Assembly: GCF_006345805.1 (NCBI RefSeq)
Contig: NC_042998.1
Coordinates: 7,068,001 to 7,132,000, forward strand
Direction of reading: 5' to 3'
Length of the DNA stretch: 64,000 nucleotides
From: Octopus sinensis
Taxonomy: Eukaryota
A program made the position numbers and the translations under genes. A model generated the notes under the pieces. The model was not told where the DNA came from. It did not search any database and was given only the letters and a program-made list of their open reading frames with translations. Below are positions 1 to 12,151 of the stretch, piece by piece. Each line of letters starts with the position of its first letter. Position 1 is the first letter of the stretch.

Positions 1-38
1 TTAATGCTAACTTTATAATCTTATATAAAAAAAAAATC

Positions 39-197
39 AGTGGCTATGTGGTAAGTAGCTTGCTTACCAACCACATGGTTCTAGTTTCAATCCAATTGCA
101 TTGCACCTTGAGCAAATGTCTTCTACTATAGCCTCGGGCCAACCAAAGCCTTGTGAGTGGATTTGGGGTAGACGGAAACTGAAAGAAGCCCGTCGTA

Positions 198-292
<95 letters not shown>

Positions 293-473
293 ATATGTTT
301 GTGTGTGTGTTTGTTCCCCTAACATCGCTTGACAACCGATGCTGGTGTGTTTATGTCTGCGTCACTTAGCGGTTCAGCAAAAGAGAACGATAGTATAAGT
401 CCTGGGGTCAATTTTTGTATTCCAGCATGGCCACAATCAAATGACTGCAACGAGTAAAAGAGTAAAGAGTAAA
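39..473 (+). mobile_element. SINE family A: tRNA head, CORE-like box, internal microsatellite
   Basis: A box TGGCTATGTGG, B-box-like GTTTCAATCC, CORE-like CCTTGAGCAAATGTCTT, internal (TA)n/(TG)n, AGAGTAAA tail; many near-identical copies in window. Confidence 0.85.
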
Positions 474-711
474 AATTTGTTGATTACCATCCTTTATGAG
501 TTCATTGTTTTCTTATTGGTGCAAGGGATTCTGGAATTTTTATTAATAGCCTTTAGAATTCCAAACAGTTAGAGAGTAATGCACATGATTATAAAACAAC
601 CATAGGCAGTCCATCAATCAACATAATGATTTCTTTTATTATAAACGTTTATGAATATTTCATATATTTTATAATAATTTCTTTCATTGTGATTGTTTTA
701 TACTCCTTTTA

Positions 712-882
712 AAACAACTTATAAATAAGGGCAAAAGAAAAATTCCTATGCCAAATATGCCAAGAAACAGACTTTAAATCGTCAATAACCACATATATAT
801 GTAATTATTGACGATTTAAAGTCTATTTCTTGGCATATTTGGCATAGGAATTCTTTCTTTTACCCTTATTTATAAGTTGTTT
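712..882. repeat. fold-back inverted repeat, ~77-bp arms
   Basis: AAACAACTTATAAATAAGGG...CGTCAATAA mirrored around ACATATATATGT with few mismatches. Confidence 0.9.
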
Positions 883-992
883 ATAATTTTCACCTTAAAA
901 CATATTTTTTAATATGCAGGCCACTGATAAAATTTTTTGAAAATTTTATTCTATATTAGATGTAAATTTAATACCCCTTATAAAACATATAG

Positions 993-1316
993 GAGCACTC
1001 TGTCAGTTACGACAACGAGGGTCCCAGCTGATACAGTCAATGGAACAGCTTGCTCATGAAATTAACGTGCAAGTGGCTGAGCACTCCACAGACATGTGTA
1101 CCCTTAATGTAGTTCTCAGGGAAATTCAGCGTGACACAGAGTGTGACAAGGCTGGCCCTTTAAAATACAGGTACTACTCATTTTTGCCAGCTGAGTGGAC
1201 TGGAGCAATGTGAAATAAAGTGTCTTGCTGAAGGGCACAACATGTCGCCGGGAATCAAACTCACAACCTTACGATCATGAGCCGAATACCCTAACCACTA
1301 AGCCATGTGCCCTCAC
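993..1316 (-). mobile_element. SINE family D: tRNA head, CORE-like box
   Basis: minus strand starts GTGAGGGCACATGGCTTAGTGGTTAGG, B-box-like GAGTTTGATTCCC; 14-bp TSD TATAAAACATATAG at 979-992 and 1317-1330. Confidence 0.85.
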
Positions 1317-1652
1317 TATAAAACATATAGAGAAGTCTAAATAGACATATTCAGTGACTTTAAAATAGTGGTTATGACACTAGACCATGATCAGTTCATT
1401 CATTCAGGCATACTTTCAAATTTGTAGTATAAGACCGAACCAAAGCCTTACATATATACTTAACCCTTTAGTTTTCATAGTTCTGTTGACATAACTGACT
1501 TTGTTTCATTGAATTTTTAAAATAATGAAGAATATAATAAAATAGCTTTCTCATTATTGAAATGGAGTCTGAAATAGTCATAAAACTTTTATACCAACCC
1601 ATCTAAGACTGGTGGGTTGGTATTAAAAAGATACTGGTGGATTGGTATATAA

Positions 1653-1884
1653 GGCGGCGAGCTGGCAGAAACGTTAGCACGCTGGGAGAAATGCTTAGCG
1701 GTATTTCGTCTGCCGTTACATTCTGAGTTCAAATTCCGCCGAGGTCGACTTTGCCTTTCGTCTTTTCGGGGTCGAAAAATTAAATACCAGTTACGCACTG
1801 GGGTCGATGTAATCGACTTAATACCTATGTCTGTCCTTGTTTGTCCCCTCTGTGTTTAGCCCCCCAGTGGGTAATAAAGAAATA
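1653..1884 (+). mobile_element. SINE family B: tRNA head, Nin/Deu-like central domain
   Basis: GGCGAGCTGGCAGAAACGTTAG head, GAGTTCAAATTCC B box, GCCTTTCGTCTTTTCGGGGTCGAAAA core; 13-bp TSD GGTATTAAAAAGA at 1619-1631 and 1885-1897. Confidence 0.85.
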
Positions 1885-2207
1885 GGTATTAAAAAGAGTT
1901 AAGCAACCGATCTTCTTCAATAAACTTGAGGCTGCAATAGTGAGTATATCTTCTTTGAGCCTTCATAACAATATATTCAAATCTATGAGACTTGAATCTA
2001 CAGGCTGCATATTTGTATTTCAATTGATATTGCAGCTAATTAATGCTTATAATTATTGTTTCGATTTTACAAGCATAATTTTACATACTTGATCTACATC
2101 TGGATGCATTTTGAATTCTCAAGCATTCTTGTATTCAAATTTCGTAGGCATCTAATATCCAGACCTTCAAGCTCAATATGCAATATTTAGTTAAGAAATT
2201 GCTCATA

Positions 2208-2547
2208 TTCTTCCATTTGTTTCAGTCATTTGACTGCAGCCACGCCAGAGCGCCACCTCTAGTCAAAGAAATCAACCCCAGGACTTATTTTTTGTAAGCC
2301 TTGTACTTATTCTGTCAGTTTCTTTTGTTGAATTGCTAAGTTACGGGGATGTAAACACACCATCATCAGTTGTCAAGTGATAGTGGGATAACACACACAC
2401 ACACACACACATATACGACAGGCTTTTTTCAGTTTCCGTCTACCAAATCCACTCACAAGGTTTTGGTTGGCCTGAGGCTATAGTAGAAGACATTTGCCCA
2501 AGGTGCCATGCAGTGGGGACTGAACCTAGAACCATGTGGTTGGGAAC
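2208..2547 (-). mobile_element. SINE A, head-truncated
   Basis: reverse-complement match to family A body. Confidence 0.8.
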
Positions 2548-2660
2548 CTTTGGTGTTCTTACTTCCATTTCACCTTTGGTGTATGCGCTTATACTTATAC
2601 TATGCATATATCATGAATGTCTGAGGCTGCAAAGGTGCAAAACTGACATTTCATTACAGA

Positions 2661-2890
2661 TCATCATCACCATCATCATCATCATTTAATGTTCATTTTC
2701 CATGCTTGTATAGGTTGGAGGCTTTGGTAGGGTTCAGTGAGCCAGAGGGTTGCATCATGTTCATTGTCAACTTTTGTATGGTTTCTACAACTGGATGCCC
2801 TTCTCAACACCAACCACTTACCAGAATATATTTGGTGGGCTTTTTTTTTTTCTTTTGTGCCACCGGCATTAGTGGGTTTGCTAAGTAACT
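2661..2890 (-). mobile_element. RTE-tail short element, variant
   Basis: (CAT)n tail and CTGGATGCCCTTC core. Confidence 0.6.
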
Positions 2891-2916
2891 TGCAAGACAG
2901 AAAAAGAACAAGAAAA

Positions 2917-3148
2917 GGCAGCGATCTGACAGAAACGTTAGCATGCCGGGCGAGATGCTTGGCAGTATTTCCTCTGCCATTACATTCTGAGTTCAAATTC
3001 CGCCGAGGTCGACTTTGCCTTTCATCCTTTCGGAGTCGATAAAATATGTACCAGTTGCGCATTGGGGTCAATGTAATTGACTCAATTCCTTTGTCTGTCC
3101 TTGTTTGTCCCCTCTGTGTTTAGCCCCTTGTGGGCAATAAAGAAATAA
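2917..3148 (+). mobile_element. SINE B
   Basis: family match; 17-bp TSD GAAAAAGAACAAGAAAA at 2900-2916 and 3149-3165. Confidence 0.85.
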
Positions 3149-3957
3149 GAAAAAGAACAAGAAAAGAACAAAGAAAGAAAAAAATATAAAAGGATCCCTC
3201 AACTAAGAGGTGGAGTATTTGAATGGAGAGAAAGGTGGTTTTGTGCCAGAGACAATCACAGATTTTTGCTTTGGAGAAGATACGTGGCTAAGGAGAAGTA
3301 ACTGGGTAGAAACCTGAGCCCAACTTTTGTATTATATATCATATAACTTCAGATGACTTCCCCAACTCCTTTCACATATTTATCTCTTATCTACTCACTA
3401 AATGTACCTCTAACTTATCCCTAATTAATGAATTTCTTTGTTAGCTAATTATGCAACTATCTCCTTATTCAATTAACTATATATTCATTTAATTATCCAG
3501 TCACTTAGATACATTTATTCATTTAATTATTTAATTATTTATTTAACCATTTATTCTCTATATTTATATCTATATCTTCTATTTATTTAATTACTTATTG
3601 AATTATTAATTATTTAATTATATAATTACTAACTATTTAATCACTCATTTCAATTAGTTCTCATAAACACACCCTTATATTGATCTCATTTAATAAGTAA
3701 ATACCACAAATGATTATATTCTGTTTCAGTGGTTCCTTCCAATTATCTCAAGTTAATTATAATCTGAGAATTAATTCCTTATTCCACAGCCAAGCTTGTT
3801 TTACTTTGCTGCTGCATCACACTCTGCTAGGTCTTACACATTACTAATGCAAAATATTGCCCAACCACTGGGATTTTGTTTCTATTTTTTCTAATTAAGA
3901 AAAATTGTATTTAATCCTTTGCTTTGTAATTGCTTTTGTCTGTTCACATCTGACACA

Positions 3958-4128
3958 GGCATTGCAGTGCAAGTTATGAAGTTTGTTTCCCAACCAAGTA
4001 GTTGTGAGTTCAGTCCCGCTGTATGGCACTTTGAGAAAATGTTTTTTTACTATAGCCCCAGGTGAACAAAAGCTTGTCAGTGGATTTTATTGAAAGAGGC
4101 CTATCATTTATGTATGTATATACATACG

Positions 4129-4163
<35 letters not shown>

Positions 4164-4297
4164 ATTTACATTTAGGAAGGGCATCCAGCTGTTGAAACTC
4201 TGCCAGATCAGAGTGGAGTCTGGTTCGCCAGACCTCAGTCAAATCGTCCAACCCATGCTAGCATGGAAAGCAGAGGTTAAACGATGGTGATGATGAT
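3958..4297 (+). mobile_element. SINE A 5' half followed by RTE 3'-end fragment
   Basis: degenerate A head to ~4165, then AGGAAGGGCATCCAGCTG...GATGATGAT. Confidence 0.7.
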
Positions 4298-4356
4298 ATA
4301 TTTATATAAGAAAATGAGGTGACAAAGGAATAAATGATTATCTTATGCATTTCATT

Positions 4357-4437
4357 AGCTTACAGCTGTTTCTGCAATTAGATGCAGTGGACTGAGAGTC
4401 AAGTGCCTGAATAACATCCTAGAGCTTCATCAGAGCC
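4357..4437 (-). ncRNA. type-I hammerhead ribozyme-like motif, degenerate long stem II
   Basis: minus: GGCT-CTGATGA-(54 nt)-GAAAC-AGCT-GTA-AGCT; intact core, palindromic stem III, GUA triplet. Confidence 0.5.
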
Positions 4438-4507
4438 TTAAATATTTATATATGTGTGCAAGTATGTGTGTGTGTGTGTGTGCATGTATGTGTGTGTATG
4501 CATATGT

Positions 4508-5531
4508 TTAAGTTGGTGTGGGTCTGTTTGTTCCTCCTTGTCTTGAAATAATGCAGCGGTTACAAACAGTATCCTTTGTATCTGATCTTCCGTGGAAATA
4601 TGTCCAACCAATGGGAAATATTACCATAGGGTAGAAATAGATGTGGGTTGGTGGCTGGAATTTGTTAAAGCATTTCTTCATCTGATGAAAGCAGAAGATC
4701 CTTATTTGCTGGGAGTGTAGGGACAGGGAGATCATCTGAGTGGGGAATGGGTCTCATAGCTAAGGGAAGGTTGGGATATTTTAATTTTTTTTTATAGAAG
4801 AAGCATTGAAACCTGTTATATTTGTTAGACAAAATAACAATCATCTACCTGATTTCCTGGCTCTCTCAGACTATTGGGACAGCAAAGTTGAAGGCTGCTT
4901 CCTTACTGTTAAACCATGCAGTTAGTTCATTGTAACAGGGTTTGCAACAGATGTGTGGAGCCCAGAATTTGTCCCGATCTCCAATTTTACAATCAAAACA
5001 ATGAAAGTAAGCAGTTCTCCAGAAGGAAGTAAGTGTTCAGCACTGTGCTTCTGTGCCGGTGGCACATAAAAAGCACCATCCGAATGTGGCCGTTGCCAGC
5101 GCCGCCTCGACTGGCTTCTGTGCCGGTGGCACATAAAAATCACCATCCGAACGTGGCCGTTGCCAGCACCGCATTGGCTGGCTTCCGTGCCAGTGGCACG
5201 TTAAAAGCTCCAACTGATTGTGGATGATTCCGGACACCCCTGGCACCTGTGCAGGTGGCACGTAAAAAGCACCCACTACACTTGCGGAGTGGTTGGCGTT
5301 AGGAAGGGCATCCAGCTGTAGAAACTCTGCCAGATCAGACTGGAACCTGGTGCAGCCTCCTGGCTTCCCAGACCCCGGTCGAACCGTCCAACCCATGCTA
5401 GCGCGGAAAACGGACGTTGAACGATGATGATAATGATGATGATGTGCAACTCTCATGAAATCCCTACACACATAGCAGAATGAATTTGCCTTGTTGATGC
5501 TTCCTCGATGGTTTGAAGTGCCTGAATCCAT
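4508..5531 (-). pseudogene. fossil DNA-transposon transposase N-terminus (Chapaev/CMC-like), frameshifted and interrupted
   Basis: minus translations NKANSFCYVC, GDRDKFWAPHICC, FAVPIV*REPGNQVDDCYF, YPNLPLAMRPIPHSDDLPVP; family name from recalled motifs. Confidence 0.7.
5052..5442 (+). mobile_element. RTE 3'UTR-derived short copy nested in the transposase fossil
   Basis: GTGCCGGTGGCAC units, GGAAGGGCATCC core, (GAT)n tail; TGTGC at both junctions. Confidence 0.85.
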
Positions 5532-5840
5532 TGTAGAGATATATATCATATGTATTACAAAATTCTGGGAAACAAAATAGAGAATGACCATATATATGGT
5601 TACGTGAATTGTTGCAAAAACATAATAATGTATATCTCAAAGACTAGAGTTGATAAGGGAAAAGTGGTTTTGTATCTGAAATCAGTGCCCCAAAATTAGG
5701 CAAGAATGATTATTTTTATATTTGCCTCAATTTCTTTGTAAACCAGTGTAATGAAAACATAACAGTTACTGCAATCCCAATTGTAAAAAAACCCGGATGG
5801 AATGGTTACGGTTAAATAACTTTTAATCATATAGGACGGT

Positions 5841-6145
5841 GTGGAGGTGCATGGCCTAGTGGTTAGAGCAGTGGACATGCGGTTGAGGGATTGCAGGTTC
5901 GAATCTCAGACCTGGTGATGTGTGTGTTTATGAGCAAAACACCGAAGCTCCACGCGGCACCGGCAGAAGGTAATGGCGAACTTCTGCTGACTCTTTTGCC
6001 ACAACTTTCTCTCACTCTTTCCTCCTGCATCTTGCAGCTCACCTGCGATGGAGCGGCGTCCCATTCAGGTGGGGGAACCTATACGCCAAGGAAACCGGAA
6101 AACTGGCCCTTATGAGCCAGGCATGGCTCGAGAAGGAACAAACAA
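5841..6145 (+). mobile_element. SINE family C (tRNA-derived)
   Basis: A box TGGCCTAGTGG, B box GGTTCGAATC; 13-bp TSD CATATAGGAYGGT at 5828-5840 and 6146-6158. Confidence 0.85.
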
Positions 6146-7404
6146 CATATAGGATGGTCATAGATGAAATGCTACAATCATGCTTGAAGTGCATTGACCT
6201 GAGTCTAAACAGCAACAGTAACAATAACGACAACAACAACAACAACTGTATATCCTTAAGAAATTGCTATTACATTTGTGGTTGAAACAGAGGCAGAAAT
6301 CAATTCACACACACCATGTTAGTTTACACTAATGACTCTAATAGCTGTCTTTGTGAAGCATAACAGCCTTTCTAGATACAATTGTTTCTTTCTCTAAAGT
6401 AATTTCTCAGTTAAGATTATTCGATAGGCTTTAATACAGTGTAAAGAAAACAGAAATTAATGAAATTAAACAAATAATAATTACTTAAATACTACTAAAA
6501 AACATGTCACAGCACATTTAGTCTCATAAAAAAAAACACAGAGCCATTAAGCTGATAGCAACAACAATTTTATAACAATTAAGTGAGTACACTTTATTGA
6601 ATTAATAAAATAATCATTAAAAGTAGGATAAAACAAGACAATACATCCTCAGAAACAATGCAGAGATAAACAAAAAAACCTGCTTGAAATTGAAAAGCAG
6701 TAACAGCTTTCTATGTCATTTCTAGTTCTAAGAACTTTACATACATGACAGATACACAAGCTATGATACTATATTCGGAAGTTTAAAAAAATAAGCTAAG
6801 CTAAGAACAATAACTCAAGTGGGCCAATGATGTACATTTAGATAGATAATTTAAAAGTTGTACAGAATGATATATATGCATATTCTTAATTAATTGAAAT
6901 CTTTTTCTTAGACGGCAGAAGAAAAACAAACTAGTAATAACTATTAGTAACTCCAAAAGAGATATAATTTTAGTAGAACTAGTAATTAATCTCACAAAAT
7001 TACTTCACATGTTAAGCGAAGAATCTGATTTTTGTGGGCAAAAGGACAACTAGGGACAAGTTTTAGTCTTATTGGATTTCATCAGCATAATATACTTTAC
7101 ATACGCCGACTTTAACCATTCTACAGGTTTTTGTTGTTTTTGTTTTATGCAGAAAGGTACTGGCATGATTATATGGTTATGAAAACTGCTTCAGGATCAT
7201 GTTGTTATTATTTCTGTTTGGGCAAGCATCTTCTACTGCACCCTGGGTCAACTTGTGAGTGAACTCAGTGGAAAGAAGTTGCATGGAAACCTATTTTATG
7301 TGTGTGGACATATACACGCAAAATAGGTTTCCATGTGTGCACACACACACACACACACACACATGCATACACATACATACACACATATGTACATACATAC
7401 ATAC

Positions 7405-7446
<42 letters not shown>

Positions 7447-7524
7447 ATAAATATTAGGGAATGAATCCAAAATTACAGGGAAAGATCAGATTTAGGGTTA
7501 AATCCAATTTTATAGTAAAATATT

Positions 7525-7650
7525 ATATAATATAATTCGAGACAAAACCACTATTTTAAAACCAAACAAGGAAAGACTTAATCAATACATATGTATTGAT
7601 TAAGTCTTTCCTTGTTTGGTTTTAAAATAGTGGTTTTGTCTCGAATTATA

Positions 7651-7656
<6 letters not shown>
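7525..7656. repeat. perfect 132-bp palindrome without spacer
   Basis: 66-bp arms checked base by base, centre 7590/7591. Confidence 0.95.
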
Positions 7657-7692
<36 letters not shown>

Positions 7693-8068
7693 TCTTTATA
7701 TATAAAAGTAAGGTTGTGTATCTGTCTCCTACGATTTAGATTCCTAACTACTCCCACATTTTGCGGTGCAGTTTAACCAAAACCGGGTATTTTATAGTCG
7801 TGATTCATATCAAGCCCTTCTGGGTATTAGCGCGCGTCTACGATGAGTCTACGATTTTAAAAATAATTTACCATCATTTTTTTCCATTTTAATGCATTTT
7901 TTCGCTATTATATAAGGGAAGTAACTCTCTAAAAATGTCTACGATGAGTCAACGATTTAAAAAAAAAATTTACCATAATTTTTTTGCTATTTTTTGGCTA
8001 TAACTCTCTAAAAATGCTTTATAGTTATTTCCCTTACAAACCCGAGCAACACCGGGCGATACTGCTAG
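7693..8068 (+). mobile_element. non-autonomous Helitron H1
   Basis: 5' TC after A, subterminal hairpin CCCG...CGGG, 3' CTAG before T; second copy at 47528. Confidence 0.85.
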
Positions 8069-8729
8069 TATGTATATATATATATATATATGTATATATG
8101 GGGGCATATGTGTGTGTAAAGTCCTTTGTGTATCATAGGCAACTTTCAGTTAAGATCTTGTCCCAGTGTTGTTAAAAATACAGCATATATGTATCAGAAG
8201 CAGACACAAATCACCCTGGCAGTGTCCACTGAGGGGATAGTTTTATTTCTACTTCATTGGGCTTTGTCAGTTGCATGTACTTACAATCACTTGCATTCCA
8301 AGAAGAAATGTTTCACCACCAATATGGGAAAACAGAGAATAAATATTCACTGATGTTGGAAATAGCTGTCCAGCTGAATTAATATTCGTCATGTGCAACA
8401 GAAGTGCTAGGAGATAAAAATTTTCCATCTGAGCTCTTTACATAACTTTTTCATTAATAGCATGGTCTCTCAGAAATTCTCATTGTTGGTTGTATACAGC
8501 ACCTGTGAAAAATATCAAGTCTGTTGTAAATGCAATCTGAATTTTTTCATGTTTCAAGGCATAGATAGCATTTGGCTCCATAAGTGGTCATGTCAAAGCA
8601 TAATTTTCCCTGTACATTGTGCAGCCATTGGAAAACATAATTTTCCCTGTAGATGGTGCAGTTACTGGAAAACTACTGTAGCAGCCTTCAACTTCTATAT
8701 CACTTTTACAGGAAATTTTGTTCCAAGAT

Positions 8730-9585
8730 AGAGGTCTTCATATTTCCAATCTTGATAAGATAGATATAGTTATAAATTGATGGACATAATATTGATCTTC
8801 TCGCAGGTGATGCAAAGTTCAACTTTTCTGTATTTGTATGTAAAGTAGATGTTATTTCCTGTGCAGTCTTTCTACATGATGGCTTAGCAAAGCAATACCA
8901 TCAACAGAGTGCATGGTTTGCAGCCTCTTGTGCACGCATTAAATTTTGTTGAGGAGACCTATTGAGTCAAGTACATCAACATCAAAAAATCAAATGAAAA
9001 TTGTAGTTGTGATACCTGTGCCAGTGGCATGTAAAAAGCACCAGCGAAACATGGCCGATGCCAGCGCTGCCGTAACCGGCTTCTGTGCCGGTGGCACGTA
9101 AAAAGCACCAACCGATCGTGGCCAGCCTCGCCTGGCACGTAAAAAGCACCCACTACACTCACGGAGTGGTTGGCGTTAGGAAGGGCATCCAGCTGTAGAA
9201 ACACTGCCAGATCAGACTGGAGCCTGGTGCAGCCTCCTGGCTTCCCAGACCCCAGTCGAACCATCCAACCCATGCTAGCATGGAAAACGGACGTTAAAGG
9301 ACGATGATGACGATGACGACGATGGGCTGCTTAGTCTTTGTCATAATGAATTTGATACAAATTACCAACAGAAAACATCTGTCAGGAGGCTAAAGCAGCT
9401 CTGCATTCCCATCTAGTGCTTTAATGTTGTCAGAGGTTCCTTTTAGTTATGCCACAAGATGAATAATCATCTGTATAGTGGCTCCCGATGATTATTGTTA
9501 AAAAGCATTCTTGAATCAATGAAATTTATGATAAAAGAGTGCTGGAATTTGCAGCACTGGTCAATAATGTTGCACAGGGTATCTT
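8730..9585 (-). pseudogene. highly decayed Helitron/PIF1-type helicase fragment
   Basis: ordered motif remnants PCATLLT, IKALDG, GNLYQI, FNAC, HVERLH, IKIGN resembling ATLL/EALD/GDFRQ/INAC/HVEKL/IGNG. Confidence 0.45.
8954..9323 (+). mobile_element. RTE 3'UTR-derived short copy
   Basis: same units, core and tail as 37620-38220. Confidence 0.85.
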
Positions 9586-10166
9586 TAGAAGGTCACTTGA
9601 CTTGCTAGAAATAGCAGTCAAATGTTCCTCAAATCACATAAAAAGAAGGAAAACTTTGGATAATATGGTCTAAGATACACTGTATCTGAACAGATGATTA
9701 GATGGGCATGGCCAAAGAGCTTTTGATCATGGGTCTGCTTGATCAGGTCTGGTTTAAGTAAAAAAAAACCAGCTTACTCTTAATTCACCTCCGTTTTTTT
9801 TTTTTCATTGTGTATGGACATCATCATACTTCATCTTTGTCTAGAATAGCCATTGTTCATACATGAACTTAATTTCTCTGGTCAAGCCTGCACATTGCTG
9901 TTGAATAAGAAATGATTATCTCCCTTGTATTAACTGTCAACTAAGAGACATCAGATGTGTAAAAAAAAACTGTTATTTGTCTTGAAATAGGAACTTTAAA
10001 ATCTTAGTTTTTGTTTAAGTTTCAAATCACAGACATCATGTATGTCAAGAAAACCAAATGAAACCCTATCAAACTATGATAAACCTTCATAGAGAACTTG
10101 CATTTTTCTCCATAGTTAATCATAATGTATCTCTAAAAATTAAGTTTCTTTTTTATTGTAGAAGTA

Positions 10167-10730
10167 TTGGGTTGTCCGGAAAGTTTGTGCCGATTTATAG
10201 TAGCTTACCTTTCGACTTATTTTAGAACATGGTTGAGTCCATAAAATAGGATTTGACTACACCTCCATTTAGAGCACAGTTTAAGATATCTATTCGTGGA
10301 AACAGGTTTATGTTCCTATAACCTGTGTTAATTCTGTAACCCTTTAAAGTGGAAGATAAGAAAGTCCATTTTCAGCACTTGATGCTTTAGGAACCAGACA
10401 AAAACTGCTGCAGCTCGGCTGGGATGTGTTACCCCACCCTCCATATTCACCAGATATTGCTCCTTCGGATTTCCACTTATTCAAGTCTCTGCAGAATAGT
10501 CTTAATGGTAAAAATTTCAATTCCTTGGATGACATAAAAAGATACCTTGATGAATTCTTTGCCATGAAACCACCTCTTCTGGGAAGAGGGTATTTTCAAG
10601 TTAGAGGAAAGATGGAGGTGCATTGTGCAACAAAATGGTTCATATTTGGTTGATTAAAAATGTAATGGCAAGTATTTATTGACCTTTTTCTTTCCTTTAA
10701 AAATTGGCTTGAACTTTCCAGACAACCCAA
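10167..10730 (+). mobile_element. internally deleted mariner
   Basis: TIRs TTGGGTTGTCCGGAAAGTT / AACTTTCCAGACAACCCAA, TA TSD, remnant LPHPPYSPDIAPSDFHLF. Confidence 0.92.
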
Positions 10731-11050
10731 TAATTACACTAGACCAGGGGTTCTCAACCCTTTTTTTTTGCCTATGGAGCCCTTTGATTCCTATTTTACT
10801 CTATTAGACGCCATCTTTAAAACATGGTATTATATTTTTATCACTAAATATTATTAGGAATTGTTTTTAAAACATGTTGGTTTGTTTATGTCCTCACAAA
10901 TTAGTGGCTGAGCAAAAGTAACTGAAAGAATAAGTACCAGGCTTGAAAAACCCTATAGGAGTGGGTTTGTTTGACCAGACCCTTGAAGGTGGGGTCCCAG
11001 GATAGCTACAGTCCAATCACTAAAACAACTAAAAGATTCAAGGAAAATAT

Positions 11051-11200
11051 ATGACAGGCTTCTTTCAGTTTCCATCTACCAAATCCACTTGTGAGGCTTT
11101 GATTGGCTGAGCTATAGTAGAAGGTGCTACACAATGGGACTGAACCCCCAGACCATGTGATTTCAAAGCAAACTTCTTAACCACACAGCCATGCCTGCAC
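11051..11200 (-). mobile_element. SINE A 5' half
   Basis: family match, degenerate. Confidence 0.7.
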
Positions 11201-11730
11201 TTTCAATAAAAATAGACCCCCCCCCTTACATTAACAGGTAATAAAATAAATGTCAATTGGATTAACCTCGTTTATTTATACAAGTCAAGGAGCACTTCTG
11301 CTTCTCCTCTTAGAAAAACAAAGCCATTGAATAGAAGAATGTTGTTGCTATTGTTTAATAAAATTGTTTATTAATTCTCAAGTATTCAAAATGTTTGTCT
11401 TCAACGTGAGTCGAGATAATTTTCAGATCTCGGATATTTTCCAGTTTTACATTGATTTTGCGATAGGAACTAGGTTATTTGTCTTTGTGTCAGTTCAATT
11501 ACCAGTTAATTCATCAATCTAATTAACAGTTAATTATTAAGCTTGGTTTAGTATAAATCTGTAATGCCTGCAATACAATCTTGCCAGATATTTAGATATT
11601 TTATATGTGTGTGTGTGTGTGTTAAACTAAATACACCTGCTTGTTGTTTATACACCTGTCTTTGTCTTTTGTTTTTCTGTAAATTTCAACTACATATATA
11701 GACAAATATATATATAAATAAATATATATA

Positions 11731-12151
11731 GGCGCAGGAGTGGCTGTGTGGTAAGTAGCTTGCTTACCAACCACATGGTTCCGGGTTCAGTCCCACTGCT
11801 TGGCATCTTGGGCAAGTGTCTGCTGCTATAGCCTCGGGCCGACCAATGCCTTGTGAGTGGATTTGGTAGACGGAAACTGAAAGAAGCCTGTCATATATAT
11901 GTATATATATATATATATATATTTATGTGTGTGTATATGTTTGTGTGTCTGTGTTTGTCCCCCTAGCATTGCTTGACAACCGATGCTGGTGTGTTTACGT
12001 CCCCGTCACTTAGCGGTTCAGCAAAAGAGACCGATAGAATAAGTACTGGGCTTACAAAGAATAAGTCCCGGGGTCGAGTTGCTCGACTAAAGGCGGTGCT
12101 CCAGCATGACCACAGTCAAATGACTGAAACAAGTAAAAGAATAAAAGAGTA
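11731..12151 (+). mobile_element. SINE A, full length
   Basis: GGCGCAGGAGTGGCTGTGTGG head to AAAAGAGTA tail, preceded by (TA)n. Confidence 0.9.

Noticed and set aside
4939-5006. Plus-strand exon-like segment with CAG acceptor and GTAAGC donor
   Set aside because: It is the antisense of the recognisable transposase motif GDRDKFWAPHICC
5841-5915. tRNA-like sequences here and at 1250-1316, 11731, 39500-39567
   Set aside because: SINE heads: A/B boxes present, but they continue into SINE bodies with TSDs and lack intact cloverleafs
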